DNA of 64,000 nucleotides from Alphaproteobacteria bacterium (lineage in GTDB: Bacteria > Pseudomonadota > Alphaproteobacteria > CAAHEQ01 > UBA3637): positions 30,194 through 94,193 of the forward strand of contig JAZUBA010000051.1 of the NCBI GenBank assembly GCA_045638265.1, given 5' to 3'. A model generated the notes under the pieces. It saw only the letters and a program-made list of their open reading frames with translations. It did no database searches and was not told the origin of the DNA. This document shows positions 38,901 through 45,634 of the stretch, in pieces (positions within the stretch are counted from its first letter, which is position 1; every line of letters begins with the position of its first letter). A program made the position numbers and the translations under genes.

Positions 38901-39015
38901 TTTTTTTGGCATCGATAATGATGGCACAATAACAGCAACAAATGTTTATTATTGTGCAACGATTTATAATAGTGGAACAATTAATGTAACGCCTCAATAC
39001 TTGTGTCCTCAATAA
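29911..39015 (+). CDS. Giant pilin-like protein, family member 3 (3034 aa): pilin-like N-terminus, shared ~150-aa domain, WNGT-rich Cys repeats, four C-type-lectin-like modules, EGF/CxC-rich regions, three C-terminal beta-helix-like TGTG-repeat units
   Basis: ...ECG|RSMVEMIGVLVLIGLFTIGGVVGYKTAF... Uninterrupted 9105-nt ORF. Repeats CxxCP..TP.WNGT.C x~40. Modules with YWWSA.NFCQALG...ECAH...GYCH...AYG...WGW...A(I/V)CK x4. Three units starting QNCQTAMTSAGFST and filled with (I/V)TGTG..YGI.N.GTI.AT repeats. Confidence 0.7.
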   Translation: MFNIFKNKDFLCFNADSENAQSKSDMTTKQECGRSMVEMIGVLVLIGLFTIGGVVGYKTAFDTYRATSIMDTVLKGKLAVEADYRVAGKSTLVRAINNGPIADVNDKVEYYTEVACGNRQCKEYVIKTKEPAGVCEKIVLRQSLYNSSDESDNTPEIYITPNNIEDCGEEGEVDMTFTFQIPMLKAGDGSDVYEPVDGTLQESTCPAGQIIIDGVCQCRPACDRGEGVCVCCNTGYEYDNETKSCICPAGTHDTGSDCITCENGTKWDETKKQCENPCTDGKIWNGTTCIDLCSGGKEWDSSANTCVCPEGTNDNGESCVTCSAPKTHWDNELNKCTCPTGFVERNGTCERKPTCTEPRTVYDEASNTCQCPSERPEYDEDKNTCNCPEATPYWDSTKNQCVTCVVGNSNTPVWNGTSCVSCAGADNTKPYWNGTECISCYANNPTTPYWNGTNCTTCPNTTPVWNGTACVSCAEADSTKPVWNSTECVACPTETPYWNGTSCVSCYDNNQTTPYWNGTNCTVCPDAKLWNTESNQCVQCLDNENCSGSTPVCNDNNVCESCPDVMPIWHTDMKQCVQCLENEDCNDNATPVCNNSNMCESCPDAMPVWHTDMKQCVQCLENADCPTGTPVCNATNACEPCPDETPIWVAETGKCIASDGPSGDGSCNDNSDCSVGEYCDITTWGTSKDYCTTDTSNMSGTCRNATDDIQSPNSGTTPAFVISNRPMYWWSANNFCQALGKVLAEVSDFECAHTICPECSSGTCPDGCDGYYGYCHQDDSLGLTTSDGVNISPIVVQMTNAYGNLWGWLNTKYNDCMAYDISLQSGEVNRYNRKGTNPAICKDRPSCPIETPYWNGTECTTCPIETPYWNEETDQCEVCPAETPIWDGTTCIEGYVCKGTTSECQTNNDCTQLYGSGYYCNIECFTDHCSTETTSLGGSCRKAISDVKEPNSGTTPPFVMSSEKMYWWSAKNFCQALGQRLVDVTDYECAHAICPDDNCDNAWGFCHADTSHSVVGGNTTNISAKIAAMKEAYGSYYCWVDMDYNSCRPYFTNFNQGLVTFGYRNNRYYAVCESVCEGDTPVWNGTACEACPTGTLWNEATGECVAALCKGVVYECNDNADCDAGEYCNITCYNDTCTKDTSGMGGTCQNANERIQPPENGTKPPFIMSNQPMTWWNANNFCEALGTTLVEVSDYACAHSICPSGCDATYGYCHADPSQSVTLSFATNDRTAKLQAMYEAYGSNISYGWTNTDTDDLCYAYNVSFYQGGMFNGLRYSSVVNAVCKPDCAATDVTKPYWTGTSCEACPTDTFWDAEKGECVDMPICVLNNCRWTGWIDRSQPESDNTGGDYETLDGLCVSGKIQNISCRSVWFPNTSLDDLDQVLESCDTVNGLVCLNEKNYVSEPGGPRPPGMACYNYEINVFCCSNCKECTANTDCPGDYPYCDSGVCMPCPTGTPVWNGTSCEACPMATPIWDSELGQCVTCAEADSTKPVWNEETNQCEACPTETVWDDEAGVCIVQQCKGVVYACNDNNDCGAGEYCDITCYDNHCTEDMSGMGGTCRNVQDDLNDKSEEEPFWVSDRYMNWWSAKNFCQGLGKQMISLDDLECAHPMELHGYCHEDTSTDVIYYNPLNISDKVSRTFNAYGSIWGWMESDSYAPDNCYTRMVNFSNGYVRFHLRYIVGGYAICKDRPACPTETPYWDGSVCVAECPSDKPVIGENNVCEACPADKPEWTGTECIYCPDTSTWDEEWNACTFTIELESYSACNNDCGASQVVEKFSVSNLEASYDTYFTGYADDWFWICESYLSNLDPKNECMKYKYNMGLRAGGTKTNMFMGITYAGEGATKGYWHSYQGIMRINGTMTFVYNPDIKMGEYCPVGYYCSSDGNSVATQCINETITENIAETDCHVCDIRFWREDDGSCIYCETEDTQTKIEQSECNRCTNRFWKDNNYCYHCSISGVQSGIMQNECERCSNRYWLETNAETHIGSCTLCPDGLTRDNATGLCVCDEGLVFNLGTKKCVSCTETTGNFSSTELSTEQSCPATRFYANDEKSYLCSGTGTYPVTTEENCMVCGDDVNRFWKSKNGYCISCNYSTAVAETTKEECLTCVNRYWTETNATTGIGKCTKCAVGQVVNADGTACVSCAEADSTKPVWNGTACVSCAEADSTKPVWNGTACEACPTDKPTWSGTECYNEATAQNCQTAMTSAGFSTSKFTMDGTTIKYTGDMTLSKDLDISACNLDVVGTLKVNSGKTLKVNNVKAESTGIYSIFNSGTIEVTNITGIATGTASYGIHNTSGTIEATGDVMGTGTATGINNYGAITATNVTGSGSAYADGISNVGTITATGDVTGTGNYGIYNNRSGKITATNVTGTGIGTNGNGSGIQNTGTIEATGDVTGTGTGVFYGIYNSGTIETRDEVTGTGNQYGIMNTGTLETTGDVTGTSTGTGSYVYDISNSGTMSAINVYYCRAIKNTGKIIGHIQCKCPEGMSCPATTITQCTAPTPVLSGNLTTCVACATADSTKPNWNGMTCEACPTETPAWNGTACETCPAETPVWNGTTCESCPSGTSWSGTECIDMNAFNCQTAMTSAGFSTSNFTMEGTTIKYTGDMTVATDLDISGCNLDVAGTLTVNGTLEVNNINAESSGDKGIDNYGRIIATGNITGTGTSEGVYNNGGQIEAQNITGTGTNYDGIYNAGAMDAQNITGTGGMYGIENFGGFITVTGDISGTGNYDGIYNWIGTMSATNVYYCQTINSTAGQIIGNVACGCSDSSSCTSDVMQCTAPTPILIGLESCISCADADSTKPYWNGTSCEACPTDKPTWNGTECVNEEIIAQNCQTAMTSAGFSTDDFTMDGITIKYTGYMIVSTDLDISACNLDVDGTLIVNSETTLKVNNVKAEGEGSDRGISNYGGTIKATNVMGSGNNFGIYNGERGTIEATNVTGTGTNVNADGISNDGTIKATGDVTGTGTGTDSKGINNDGTITATGDVTGIGNDFFGIDNDGTITATNVYYCATIYNSGTINVTPQYLCPQ
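30001..30220. repeat. Inverted repeat arm (5' coding region of the plus-strand giant gene), partner of 29375..29593
   Basis: See partner arm. Together they flank a ~410-bp spacer containing both promoters. Confidence 0.7.
36510..39012. repeat. Three tandem, diverged, in-frame repeat units (~1140, ~760, ~590 nt), each starting QNCQTAMTSAGFST...
   Basis: Unit starts at ~36510, ~37655, ~38420 with >85% nt identity over the first ~150 nt. Each unit ends with VYYC..I.N. Confidence 0.7.
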
Positions 39016-39070
39016 GGAGGTTTATTTTCTGTTTTATTGTAAATAGAAAAATTCGTCATTAAATCAAAAA

Positions 39071-39105
39071 ATCCTTGTTATAATAAACAGGGATTTTTTT
39101 GCTTA
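39071..39105. terminator. Bidirectional terminator between the giant gene (+) and mutY (-)
   Basis: aaaaaatccttgtt ataataa acagggattttttt hairpin (one G-U pair) flanked by A- and T-runs. Confidence 0.55.
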
Positions 39106-39127
39106 AATACAGTAATCAATATACAAA

Positions 39128-40195
39128 TCATTTCTTATCAATCAATTTAATCACTTTTTTCATCAGTGTTGAAAAAGCGTAATTTTTGAATTGATTGATA
39201 GGTACAAATTGTCCGTTTGTTAATGGACATATAGAACGTGTTGTTTTTAATTGAACAATGTATAACGTTAGTTGAAAATGTGTAAATGTGTGTTTAATGC
39301 TTTTTTCTGTTTTTATCCAATCTGATGAGGGATATAAAGGATATGTTTCTTGATTTTCTTGCCATGGAAATTCATATAAGCCAGACAGTAATCCTTTGCC
39401 TTGTCGCTTTTCTATATAATATGCTCCTGTTTCGTCTTGAATGAGATAAATATATCCTGTTTTTATCTTCTTTTGTGGTTTGTTAATCAGCGGTATTTGC
39501 TCAGCAATGTTTTTTTGATGAGCTATGCAAAATGTTTGCCATGGACAATCTGTACATTTCGGTTTTTCCGGTGTGCAAACAGTAGCGCCTAAATCCATAA
39601 TAGCAGAGGCATAATCTGCTCCATGATTTTGAGGCGTAATTTTACATGCAAGATCATAAATTTCTTCTTTTGTAACGGCGTGTGTTAATCCATATAATCG
39701 TGCAATGACTCGAATGACATTCCCATCTACAACCGTTTCAGGCAGATTAAATGCAAAGGCACAAATGCTGGATGCGGTATAAGGTCCAATCCCAGGTAAT
39801 TTGAGTAATTCATCACGATTGTTGGGTATGATGCCATTATATTTTTGCATAATTAATTGAGCACATTCGTGAATTTTTTTTGCTCTTGTATAATAGCCCA
39901 AACCTTGCCAACAATGAAGCACATCATCTATATCAGCTTGTGCCAGTGCTTCAATGGTTGGAAAGCGTTGCATCCATCGGGGAAAATAATCCAGAACCGT
40001 TTTCACCGTTGTTTGTTGGAGCATAATTTCGCTAATCCAGACGGCATAAGCATTCTCATGTGCTTTACCTTTTACACGCCATGGCATGTCTCGACCGTTT
40101 AGAGTAAACCATTGTAATAAACAATCTGCCAAAACAGATGTATTATTCTGTCGGCAGATTGTTTGTGTGGTTTGTATGTTTTTTTTATCAGCCAT
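39128..40195 (-). CDS. mutY: A/G-specific adenine DNA glycosylase MutY
   Basis: 355 aa. HhH-GPD motifs (VWISEIMLQQTTV, LPGIGPYTASSI). 4Fe-4S cluster Cys (CTPEKPKCTDCPWQTFC). C-terminal NUDIX-like domain. Start overlaps the upstream stop. Confidence 0.85.
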   Translation of the reverse strand: MADKKNIQTTQTICRQNNTSVLADCLLQWFTLNGRDMPWRVKGKAHENAYAVWISEIMLQQTTVKTVLDYFPRWMQRFPTIEALAQADIDDVLHCWQGLGYYTRAKKIHECAQLIMQKYNGIIPNNRDELLKLPGIGPYTASSICAFAFNLPETVVDGNVIRVIARLYGLTHAVTKEEIYDLACKITPQNHGADYASAIMDLGATVCTPEKPKCTDCPWQTFCIAHQKNIAEQIPLINKPQKKIKTGYIYLIQDETGAYYIEKRQGKGLLSGLYEFPWQENQETYPLYPSSDWIKTEKSIKHTFTHFQLTLYIVQLKTTRSICPLTNGQFVPINQFKNYAFSTLMKKVIKLIDKK

Positions 40196-42063
40196 TATTT
40201 TGCTTGTTTCGGACGTTTTTCCTTTTTAGGTGTTGCACGTTTTACTTCTTTTTCTTCTGTATTGGCAGAAGTTTTTATTTCGGCTGGTTTTTCATCTTTT
40301 GGTTGTGCATTTTGAACAGAGCTTTTTGTGTAAATCTGTAATTTGCGACCTGTTTTATCTACATTCAAAAATACTTCTTGTCCGGCTCTGATTTTATCTT
40401 GCATAATTAAGAATGATAATGGGTTTTCTACCTGATTTTGAATAAGACGTTTTAATGCACGTACACCGAATTTTGATGTAAAGACTTCATCAACAAACCA
40501 ATCTTTAGCTTGATCGGCAACAGTAATATGATAACCGGCAACTTGGGCTCGTTTGAGTAATTTGTTGAGGTGAATATCCACAATTTTGCGTAAATCTTCT
40601 TCGTTTAATTGGTGGAAAGATACAATATCATCCAAACGGTTTAAAAATTCAGGACGGAAATATTCGCTCAAATGTTCAGTTCGTTGATAACTTGGCATAT
40701 TTGCACCAACGTTAGAGGTTAAAATGATAATGGTGTTTCTGAAATCAACCGTAACCCCTTTACTGTCTGTCAAACGACCTTCATCTAATAATTGTAACAT
40801 TAAGTTTAAAATATCTAAATGGGCTTTTTCAATTTCGTCAAACAAAACCACTTGGAATGGTTTTAAACGGACCGCTTCTGTTAACAAACCACCAGCTTCA
40901 AACCCAGGCATACCGGGAGCAGGACCAATCATACGGGCAACGGAAGTACGTTCCATATATTCGGACATATCTAAACGCAATAATGCCGTTTCATCATTAA
41001 ACATAAAGTCTGCCAACGATTTGGCCAATTCTGTTTTACCGACACCGGTTGTACCGATAAAGAGGAATGAACCAATCGGACGATTTGGATCCTGTAATCC
41101 GGAACGAGCTCTGCGTAACGCATCAGCAACCACTTTGACAGCATTATCTTGACCGATGACCCGTTTGCGTAAGTGAATTTCGGCATTTGCCAAACGTTCT
41201 CTGTCTTCGGCATCAACTTTGTCAACAGGAATACCTGTCCAATCAGCAATGGTACGGAAACAATATCTAGGTGATACAACCATATTCATGGCTTCGGGCA
41301 GGCCTTTTTCTTTATCCATAACGAGTAAACTGGTAGCATCATCTAATAAATCTAATGCCTTTGATGGAAAATAACGTTGTTTAATATAACGATGCGTTAA
41401 TTGACATGCTGTTCTGACTGTTTCTTCGGGAATGCTGACTTCGTAATGGTGTTCAAATGTGCGTTTGCGTGAACGAACAATAGCAATGCTTTCATCTAAT
41501 GTCGGTTCTTCAATCATTAACGGTTGAATTTTGGACATAACCGTATTGTCCTTTTCCATATAAGAAACAAAAGAAATGGTATTTGTTTCTACAATACAAG
41601 TAATTTCATCAGCAGCTAAACAGAGTTTTAAAAATTTAGCAACTTCTTTGTTTTCCGGGTTCGTATCAACGTGAACCAATAAGCTAATGTCTTTGAGATA
41701 CAAAATTTTTTGTTTGCGACTGCTGACAATTACTTGAATGAGTTGTTTTAACAATTCAGCATATTCAGCTTCGTTTTTAGTATCTAACATGACTTGGGGA
41801 ATGTTAATACCGATGACTTCTTTTTCTTGTAAATAAGCTGGAGCCCCTGAAGAAGCCATAAAATTAATCAACCCTTCTACCAATGCCGTCTTGCCGATTC
41901 CGTTTGCTCCGATAATAGCTGGATTGCTTTTGGTACTACGCATTAAAATATGAATTAATCGATCTAATTCTTCTACCCGACCGACCATACTGACCAATCG
42001 GCGTGAACGTGCCATTTCGGTATAGTTAATTAAATATTTGTATACATTAATTCCGTCAATCAT
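40195..42063 (-). CDS. Clp/Hsp100-family AAA+ ATPase lacking the N-domain, with degenerate first nucleotide-binding domain and Lys-rich C-terminal tail
   Basis: D1 has a P-loop (GANGIGKTALVEGL) but no DE Walker B (KILYLKDISLL). D2 is intact (FLFIGTTGVGKTELAKSLA...VVLFDEIEKAH). 622 aa, versus ~760 for ClpA. Confidence 0.65.
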   Translation of the reverse strand: MIDGINVYKYLINYTEMARSRRLVSMVGRVEELDRLIHILMRSTKSNPAIIGANGIGKTALVEGLINFMASSGAPAYLQEKEVIGINIPQVMLDTKNEAEYAELLKQLIQVIVSSRKQKILYLKDISLLVHVDTNPENKEVAKFLKLCLAADEITCIVETNTISFVSYMEKDNTVMSKIQPLMIEEPTLDESIAIVRSRKRTFEHHYEVSIPEETVRTACQLTHRYIKQRYFPSKALDLLDDATSLLVMDKEKGLPEAMNMVVSPRYCFRTIADWTGIPVDKVDAEDRERLANAEIHLRKRVIGQDNAVKVVADALRRARSGLQDPNRPIGSFLFIGTTGVGKTELAKSLADFMFNDETALLRLDMSEYMERTSVARMIGPAPGMPGFEAGGLLTEAVRLKPFQVVLFDEIEKAHLDILNLMLQLLDEGRLTDSKGVTVDFRNTIIILTSNVGANMPSYQRTEHLSEYFRPEFLNRLDDIVSFHQLNEEDLRKIVDIHLNKLLKRAQVAGYHITVADQAKDWFVDEVFTSKFGVRALKRLIQNQVENPLSFLIMQDKIRAGQEVFLNVDKTGRKLQIYTKSSVQNAQPKDEKPAEIKTSANTEEKEVKRATPKKEKRPKQAK

Positions 42064-42094
42064 AAAATCCCCCGTTTTTGAGTGTAGCGTTTAT

Positions 42095-43255
42095 TTATTC
42101 TTCATCTAATTCTTCGTCTTCTTCCGCTTCTTTCAGTTCAGCCAAAGCTTCTCGTTCTTCGGCTACGACGGAATTTGCTTCATCATATTCAGGTAATACT
42201 TTACCTGTCAAAGTAAACGGTGTATGTTGACGCAATGTCTTGAAATCGTTTTGTGCAGCATCATAATCTTGATCTTGCAACAATTTGTCTTCCATAACAA
42301 CGTAGGCATGATATGCAGATCCAGTCATAAATGCTTTCATATAACGTGTGTCTTCATCACCCCAAAGTAATTTGGTGTTATCATCAGGTAAACCGTAAGT
42401 TTTGAACATCAAATTCCAGAAATCATCACGTCTGCGAATTTTTTTAGCCATATTAATACGACTGGAATTTAATGATGTATCTCCTCTGTTTTCATAGACA
42501 ATCATATAAGTAACATTGTCTGTTTCAGGTGTAGAATAAGAAACCTGTACCGTTTCACGTGATTGCGGACGTTTATAGGTTTCTCTGAAAACATAATGCA
42601 TTTCGTCTGCTTCGGCATAATTTAAGACACAATTACGAATGTCAGAAGCAATTTTGAATCCTTTTTCACGACAGGCATTATTATAATATGTTGTACGGTG
42701 TAAAGGAATGGATTTTTCTACTTTTGTTAATGTGTAGCCTAAATCACTTAATGTTTCATTGACAGTTTCCGAATCGTCTCCAAATGCCAAACCGACGATT
42801 TTGAATTTACTGACGTCATGACGTTGCAAATCAGTTGCCGATATGGAATTAGATGAAATAGCACCAGATTTTTTTTGTTCGGCTTCTGTAATATTAAGTG
42901 ATTTATCTCGTTTAATGACTTCCGATTCGGTAATAACCGATTCGTTAAATTGCTTTTCCGGTGTTTTCTTTTTAGGTGTATCATCCGGATTGATGTTAAT
43001 CGTAAAAGGTATATTCGGAATAGGTTCTAACACAAACTGGGATAATGGTTGTGCGTTTCGTCCGATACGAGGCATAGATGAATTTGATTGTGTTGAAATT
43101 GCAGGTTGTTGATTTTTAACGTTTTTATCTGTTTGTTGCATTCCTTGTGTAGGCGTTGTTGAATAGGTGTCATCACTAAACAAAGGGATTGCTTCTTGTG
43201 CAACGGCAGTGCCGGACATTAAAATCAAAGCGAATGTATATACAAATTTTTTCAT
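42095..43255 (-). CDS. Secreted protein with acidic C-terminus (hypothetical)
   Basis: Signal peptide MKKFVYTFALILMSGTAVAQEA. Tail EEREALAELKEAEEDEELDEE. First gene of the X-clp-mutY string. Confidence 0.5.
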   Translation of the reverse strand: MKKFVYTFALILMSGTAVAQEAIPLFSDDTYSTTPTQGMQQTDKNVKNQQPAISTQSNSSMPRIGRNAQPLSQFVLEPIPNIPFTININPDDTPKKKTPEKQFNESVITESEVIKRDKSLNITEAEQKKSGAISSNSISATDLQRHDVSKFKIVGLAFGDDSETVNETLSDLGYTLTKVEKSIPLHRTTYYNNACREKGFKIASDIRNCVLNYAEADEMHYVFRETYKRPQSRETVQVSYSTPETDNVTYMIVYENRGDTSLNSSRINMAKKIRRRDDFWNLMFKTYGLPDDNTKLLWGDEDTRYMKAFMTGSAYHAYVVMEDKLLQDQDYDAAQNDFKTLRQHTPFTLTGKVLPEYDEANSVVAEEREALAELKEAEEDEELDEE

Positions 43256-43363
43256 GCTCTATCCTTACATTTTAACTTGACCTTTTAAGATTATACGATA
43301 TTATATATATCATATTTGTATAACAGTATTCAATAAAATAAAAGGAAAAGCAAGGAAAAAATA

Positions 43364-43981
43364 ATGAAAACACCAAATTCTGTTGCAGTTTTTTGCGGAG
43401 GCAGTCCGGGACGGAAGGCAATTTATATGCAAGAAGCTCATCGTATGGGCGAAATTTTGGCTCAAAACGATATTAAATTAATCTATGGTGCCGGTACAAC
43501 CGGTTTGATGGGTGCTGTTGCCGATGGTTCATTTTCGGAGAACGGATATGTTATCGGAGCAACCATTCGTGAGTTGTATAATATTGAAAAACCGGAAGCT
43601 ATTGCAGAACGGGCAAGTAAATTTGAAGTATGGGATTTGATGGCAGACAGAAAAGTGTCTATGGTCAGTCAATCAGATGCTATTTGTATTCTTCCAGGTG
43701 GATTCGGTACGATGGATGAATTGTTTGAAGTCTTGACATTGCGGCAATTAAACCTTATTAAAGCTCCTATAGTTGTTGTCAATATTGACGGTTTTTACAA
43801 TACGTTAGAACAATTTTTATATGAAATGATAGGGGAGGGCTTTGCAAAACCATATCAAATTAAATTGTTGCGTTTTGTCAAATCCGTAGACGAGGTTTTG
43901 CCGGCTATTTCCGAGGAATTGGAGTTAATTGAATCGGTTGAAGCTGCCAAAGCACTTGCACACCAAAAGGAAGTTAAATGA
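43364..43981 (+). CDS. LOG-family (lysine-decarboxylase-like) cytokinin riboside 5'-monophosphate phosphoribohydrolase
   Basis: AVFCGGSPG...KLIYGAGTTGLMGAVADG...LPGGFGTMDELFEVLTLRQL motifs. Confidence 0.8.
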   Translation: MKTPNSVAVFCGGSPGRKAIYMQEAHRMGEILAQNDIKLIYGAGTTGLMGAVADGSFSENGYVIGATIRELYNIEKPEAIAERASKFEVWDLMADRKVSMVSQSDAICILPGGFGTMDELFEVLTLRQLNLIKAPIVVVNIDGFYNTLEQFLYEMIGEGFAKPYQIKLLRFVKSVDEVLPAISEELELIESVEAAKALAHQKEVK

Positions 43982-44769
43982 ATTTAAGTCGTTGTCTTTT
44001 TTGTCTCTTGTGTGTTGGTTTGTTTTTAACATCTGGTTGTTCGTGTCATCGTACGCCGGAAGAATTGGCGTATATTGAACAGACAAAAGATCCGTACGAA
44101 TCGTTTAATCGTAAAGTTTTTGCGTTTAATATGGCGTTTGATAAATATATATTAAAACCGACGGCACAAGTTTATCGTTTTGGGACAACGCAAACCATGA
44201 GAACTGGTGTAACCAATTTTTATGATAATTTATCGGAAACACGCAATATATTAAATGGTGCTTTACAAACAAACGGAACAAAAACATCTAACGCAACTAA
44301 ACGGTTTTTAGCTAATACGTTTTGGGGGTTTTTTGGTTTGTTTGATGTGGCAACAGATATGCAAGTGCCAAAATATGATAATGATTTTGGGCAAACATTG
44401 GCTGTTTGGGGGTGGGAAACAAGTGATACATATATTGTGTTGCCGTTTTTCGGATCCTCTAATCCAAGGGATATTGCCGGTACGGTGGGAGATATTTCAA
44501 CTCCGCCCAGTTTGTTAATTGCGTTGACAACACCGTGGACATCTTATCCGTTATCAGCAGTTAATTATGTACAAATGCGTGAACGGTCTATTGAATTTAT
44601 TGATAATTTACATCATTCATCAACTGATTTTTATGCAACCGTTCGTACAATGAGTCAGCAAAATCGTCAAAAAGTGATTGCCGATGCACTTGGTAAATCA
44701 AATACCGAAACAACGGCAAATTATGATTTTGATATGGATTTTGAAGATTTTGAGGATTTTGAAGAGTAA
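43978..44769 (+). CDS. mlaA: Outer-membrane lipoprotein MlaA (VacJ)
   Basis: Lipobox LTSGCS. DPYESFNRKVFAFN...LPFFGSSNPRD matches MlaA (DPLEGFNRTMYNFN...LPFYGS). Confidence 0.7.
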   Translation: MNLSRCLFCLLCVGLFLTSGCSCHRTPEELAYIEQTKDPYESFNRKVFAFNMAFDKYILKPTAQVYRFGTTQTMRTGVTNFYDNLSETRNILNGALQTNGTKTSNATKRFLANTFWGFFGLFDVATDMQVPKYDNDFGQTLAVWGWETSDTYIVLPFFGSSNPRDIAGTVGDISTPPSLLIALTTPWTSYPLSAVNYVQMRERSIEFIDNLHHSSTDFYATVRTMSQQNRQKVIADALGKSNTETTANYDFDMDFEDFEDFEE

Positions 44770-44784
44770 GTAAGGAGTATCAAA

Positions 44785-45390
44785 ATGAAAAAAATAATTG
44801 CTTTGGTTTTAGGCTTGTTTTTAATCACTAAACCGGCTGTATCGGCAACTGATCCGGCCGTTGATTTTGTCAGTCAGTTGGCAAATGAGATGATTTCAGA
44901 TGTATTGGCAACCGAAAAACCGATGACTGAAAAATTGGATTTGTTTCGTTCTAAATTTCAAAATGCATTGGATTTGAAATATATCGGTCAATTTGTTACA
45001 GGTGTTTATTGGCGTAAAGCAAGTGAAGCCGATAAAAAGGCATTCTTAGACGCATTTATGGAATTTACAACAAAATCATGGGCGGATAAGTTTAATATGT
45101 ATACAGGGCAAACCATTGTATTTAAAGGAACCCGTAATGCACAAAAAGGTCAATTGTTTGTTGATAGTGTTATTCAAAATGAACCGCCAGCAGAAGTGAT
45201 TTGGCGTATTCGTGAAAAAGACGGATCTTACAAAATTGTAGACATCATTGTTGAAGGTGTCAGTATGGCAATGAGTTACCGAAATGAATATAGTGCTTAT
45301 TTACAAGCAAATGGTGGTAGTTTGAAAAAATTAACGCAAACCTTAAAGGAAAAAAGCGAATCGTTTAAATTTTCAGACGAAAAGAAATAA
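44785..45390 (+). CDS. mlaC: Periplasmic phospholipid-binding protein MlaC (Ttg2D family)
   Basis: Signal peptide, ~200 aa, ...FVTGVYWRKASEADKKAFLDAFMEF...YKIVDIIVEGVSMAMSYRNEY... typical of MlaC. Confidence 0.65.
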   Translation: MKKIIALVLGLFLITKPAVSATDPAVDFVSQLANEMISDVLATEKPMTEKLDLFRSKFQNALDLKYIGQFVTGVYWRKASEADKKAFLDAFMEFTTKSWADKFNMYTGQTIVFKGTRNAQKGQLFVDSVIQNEPPAEVIWRIREKDGSYKIVDIIVEGVSMAMSYRNEYSAYLQANGGSLKKLTQTLKEKSESFKFSDEKK

Positions 45391-45413
45391 GCTTTTTTGT
45401 TTGACGTAATTAT

Positions 45414-45460
45414 TCCCCGAAAATTGCTTTTTCAATCTTCGGGGATTTTTTTTATTTTGT
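45414..45460 (+). terminator. Rho-independent terminator
   Basis: tccccgaaaattgctttttcaatcttcggggattttttttatttt. Confidence 0.65.
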
Positions 45461-45634
45461 AGTGTTTCTTTGTTTTGTTTTCGGATATGAGAACGAGCTT
45501 GAGCAGTAAAATGATGTGTATGAAAGTGGTAAAAAATTTTACAGAGATTTAATTTTTTTAAAAGTGTTGTAAAAAATTAAAAAAAAGTGTATTATATTAT
45601 AAATTTGATTTTTATACTGAATATGAGGTAAAAA

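Noticed and set aside
30460-38927. Numerous 60-145-aa ORFs on both strands inside the 3034-aa gene, and similar ones inside 4542..7529, 25796..29674 and 52175..54469.
   Set aside because: They are antisense or out-of-frame within a long uninterrupted ORF with strong family support, and have Cys/Thr/Ile-rich nonsense composition typical of shadow ORFs.
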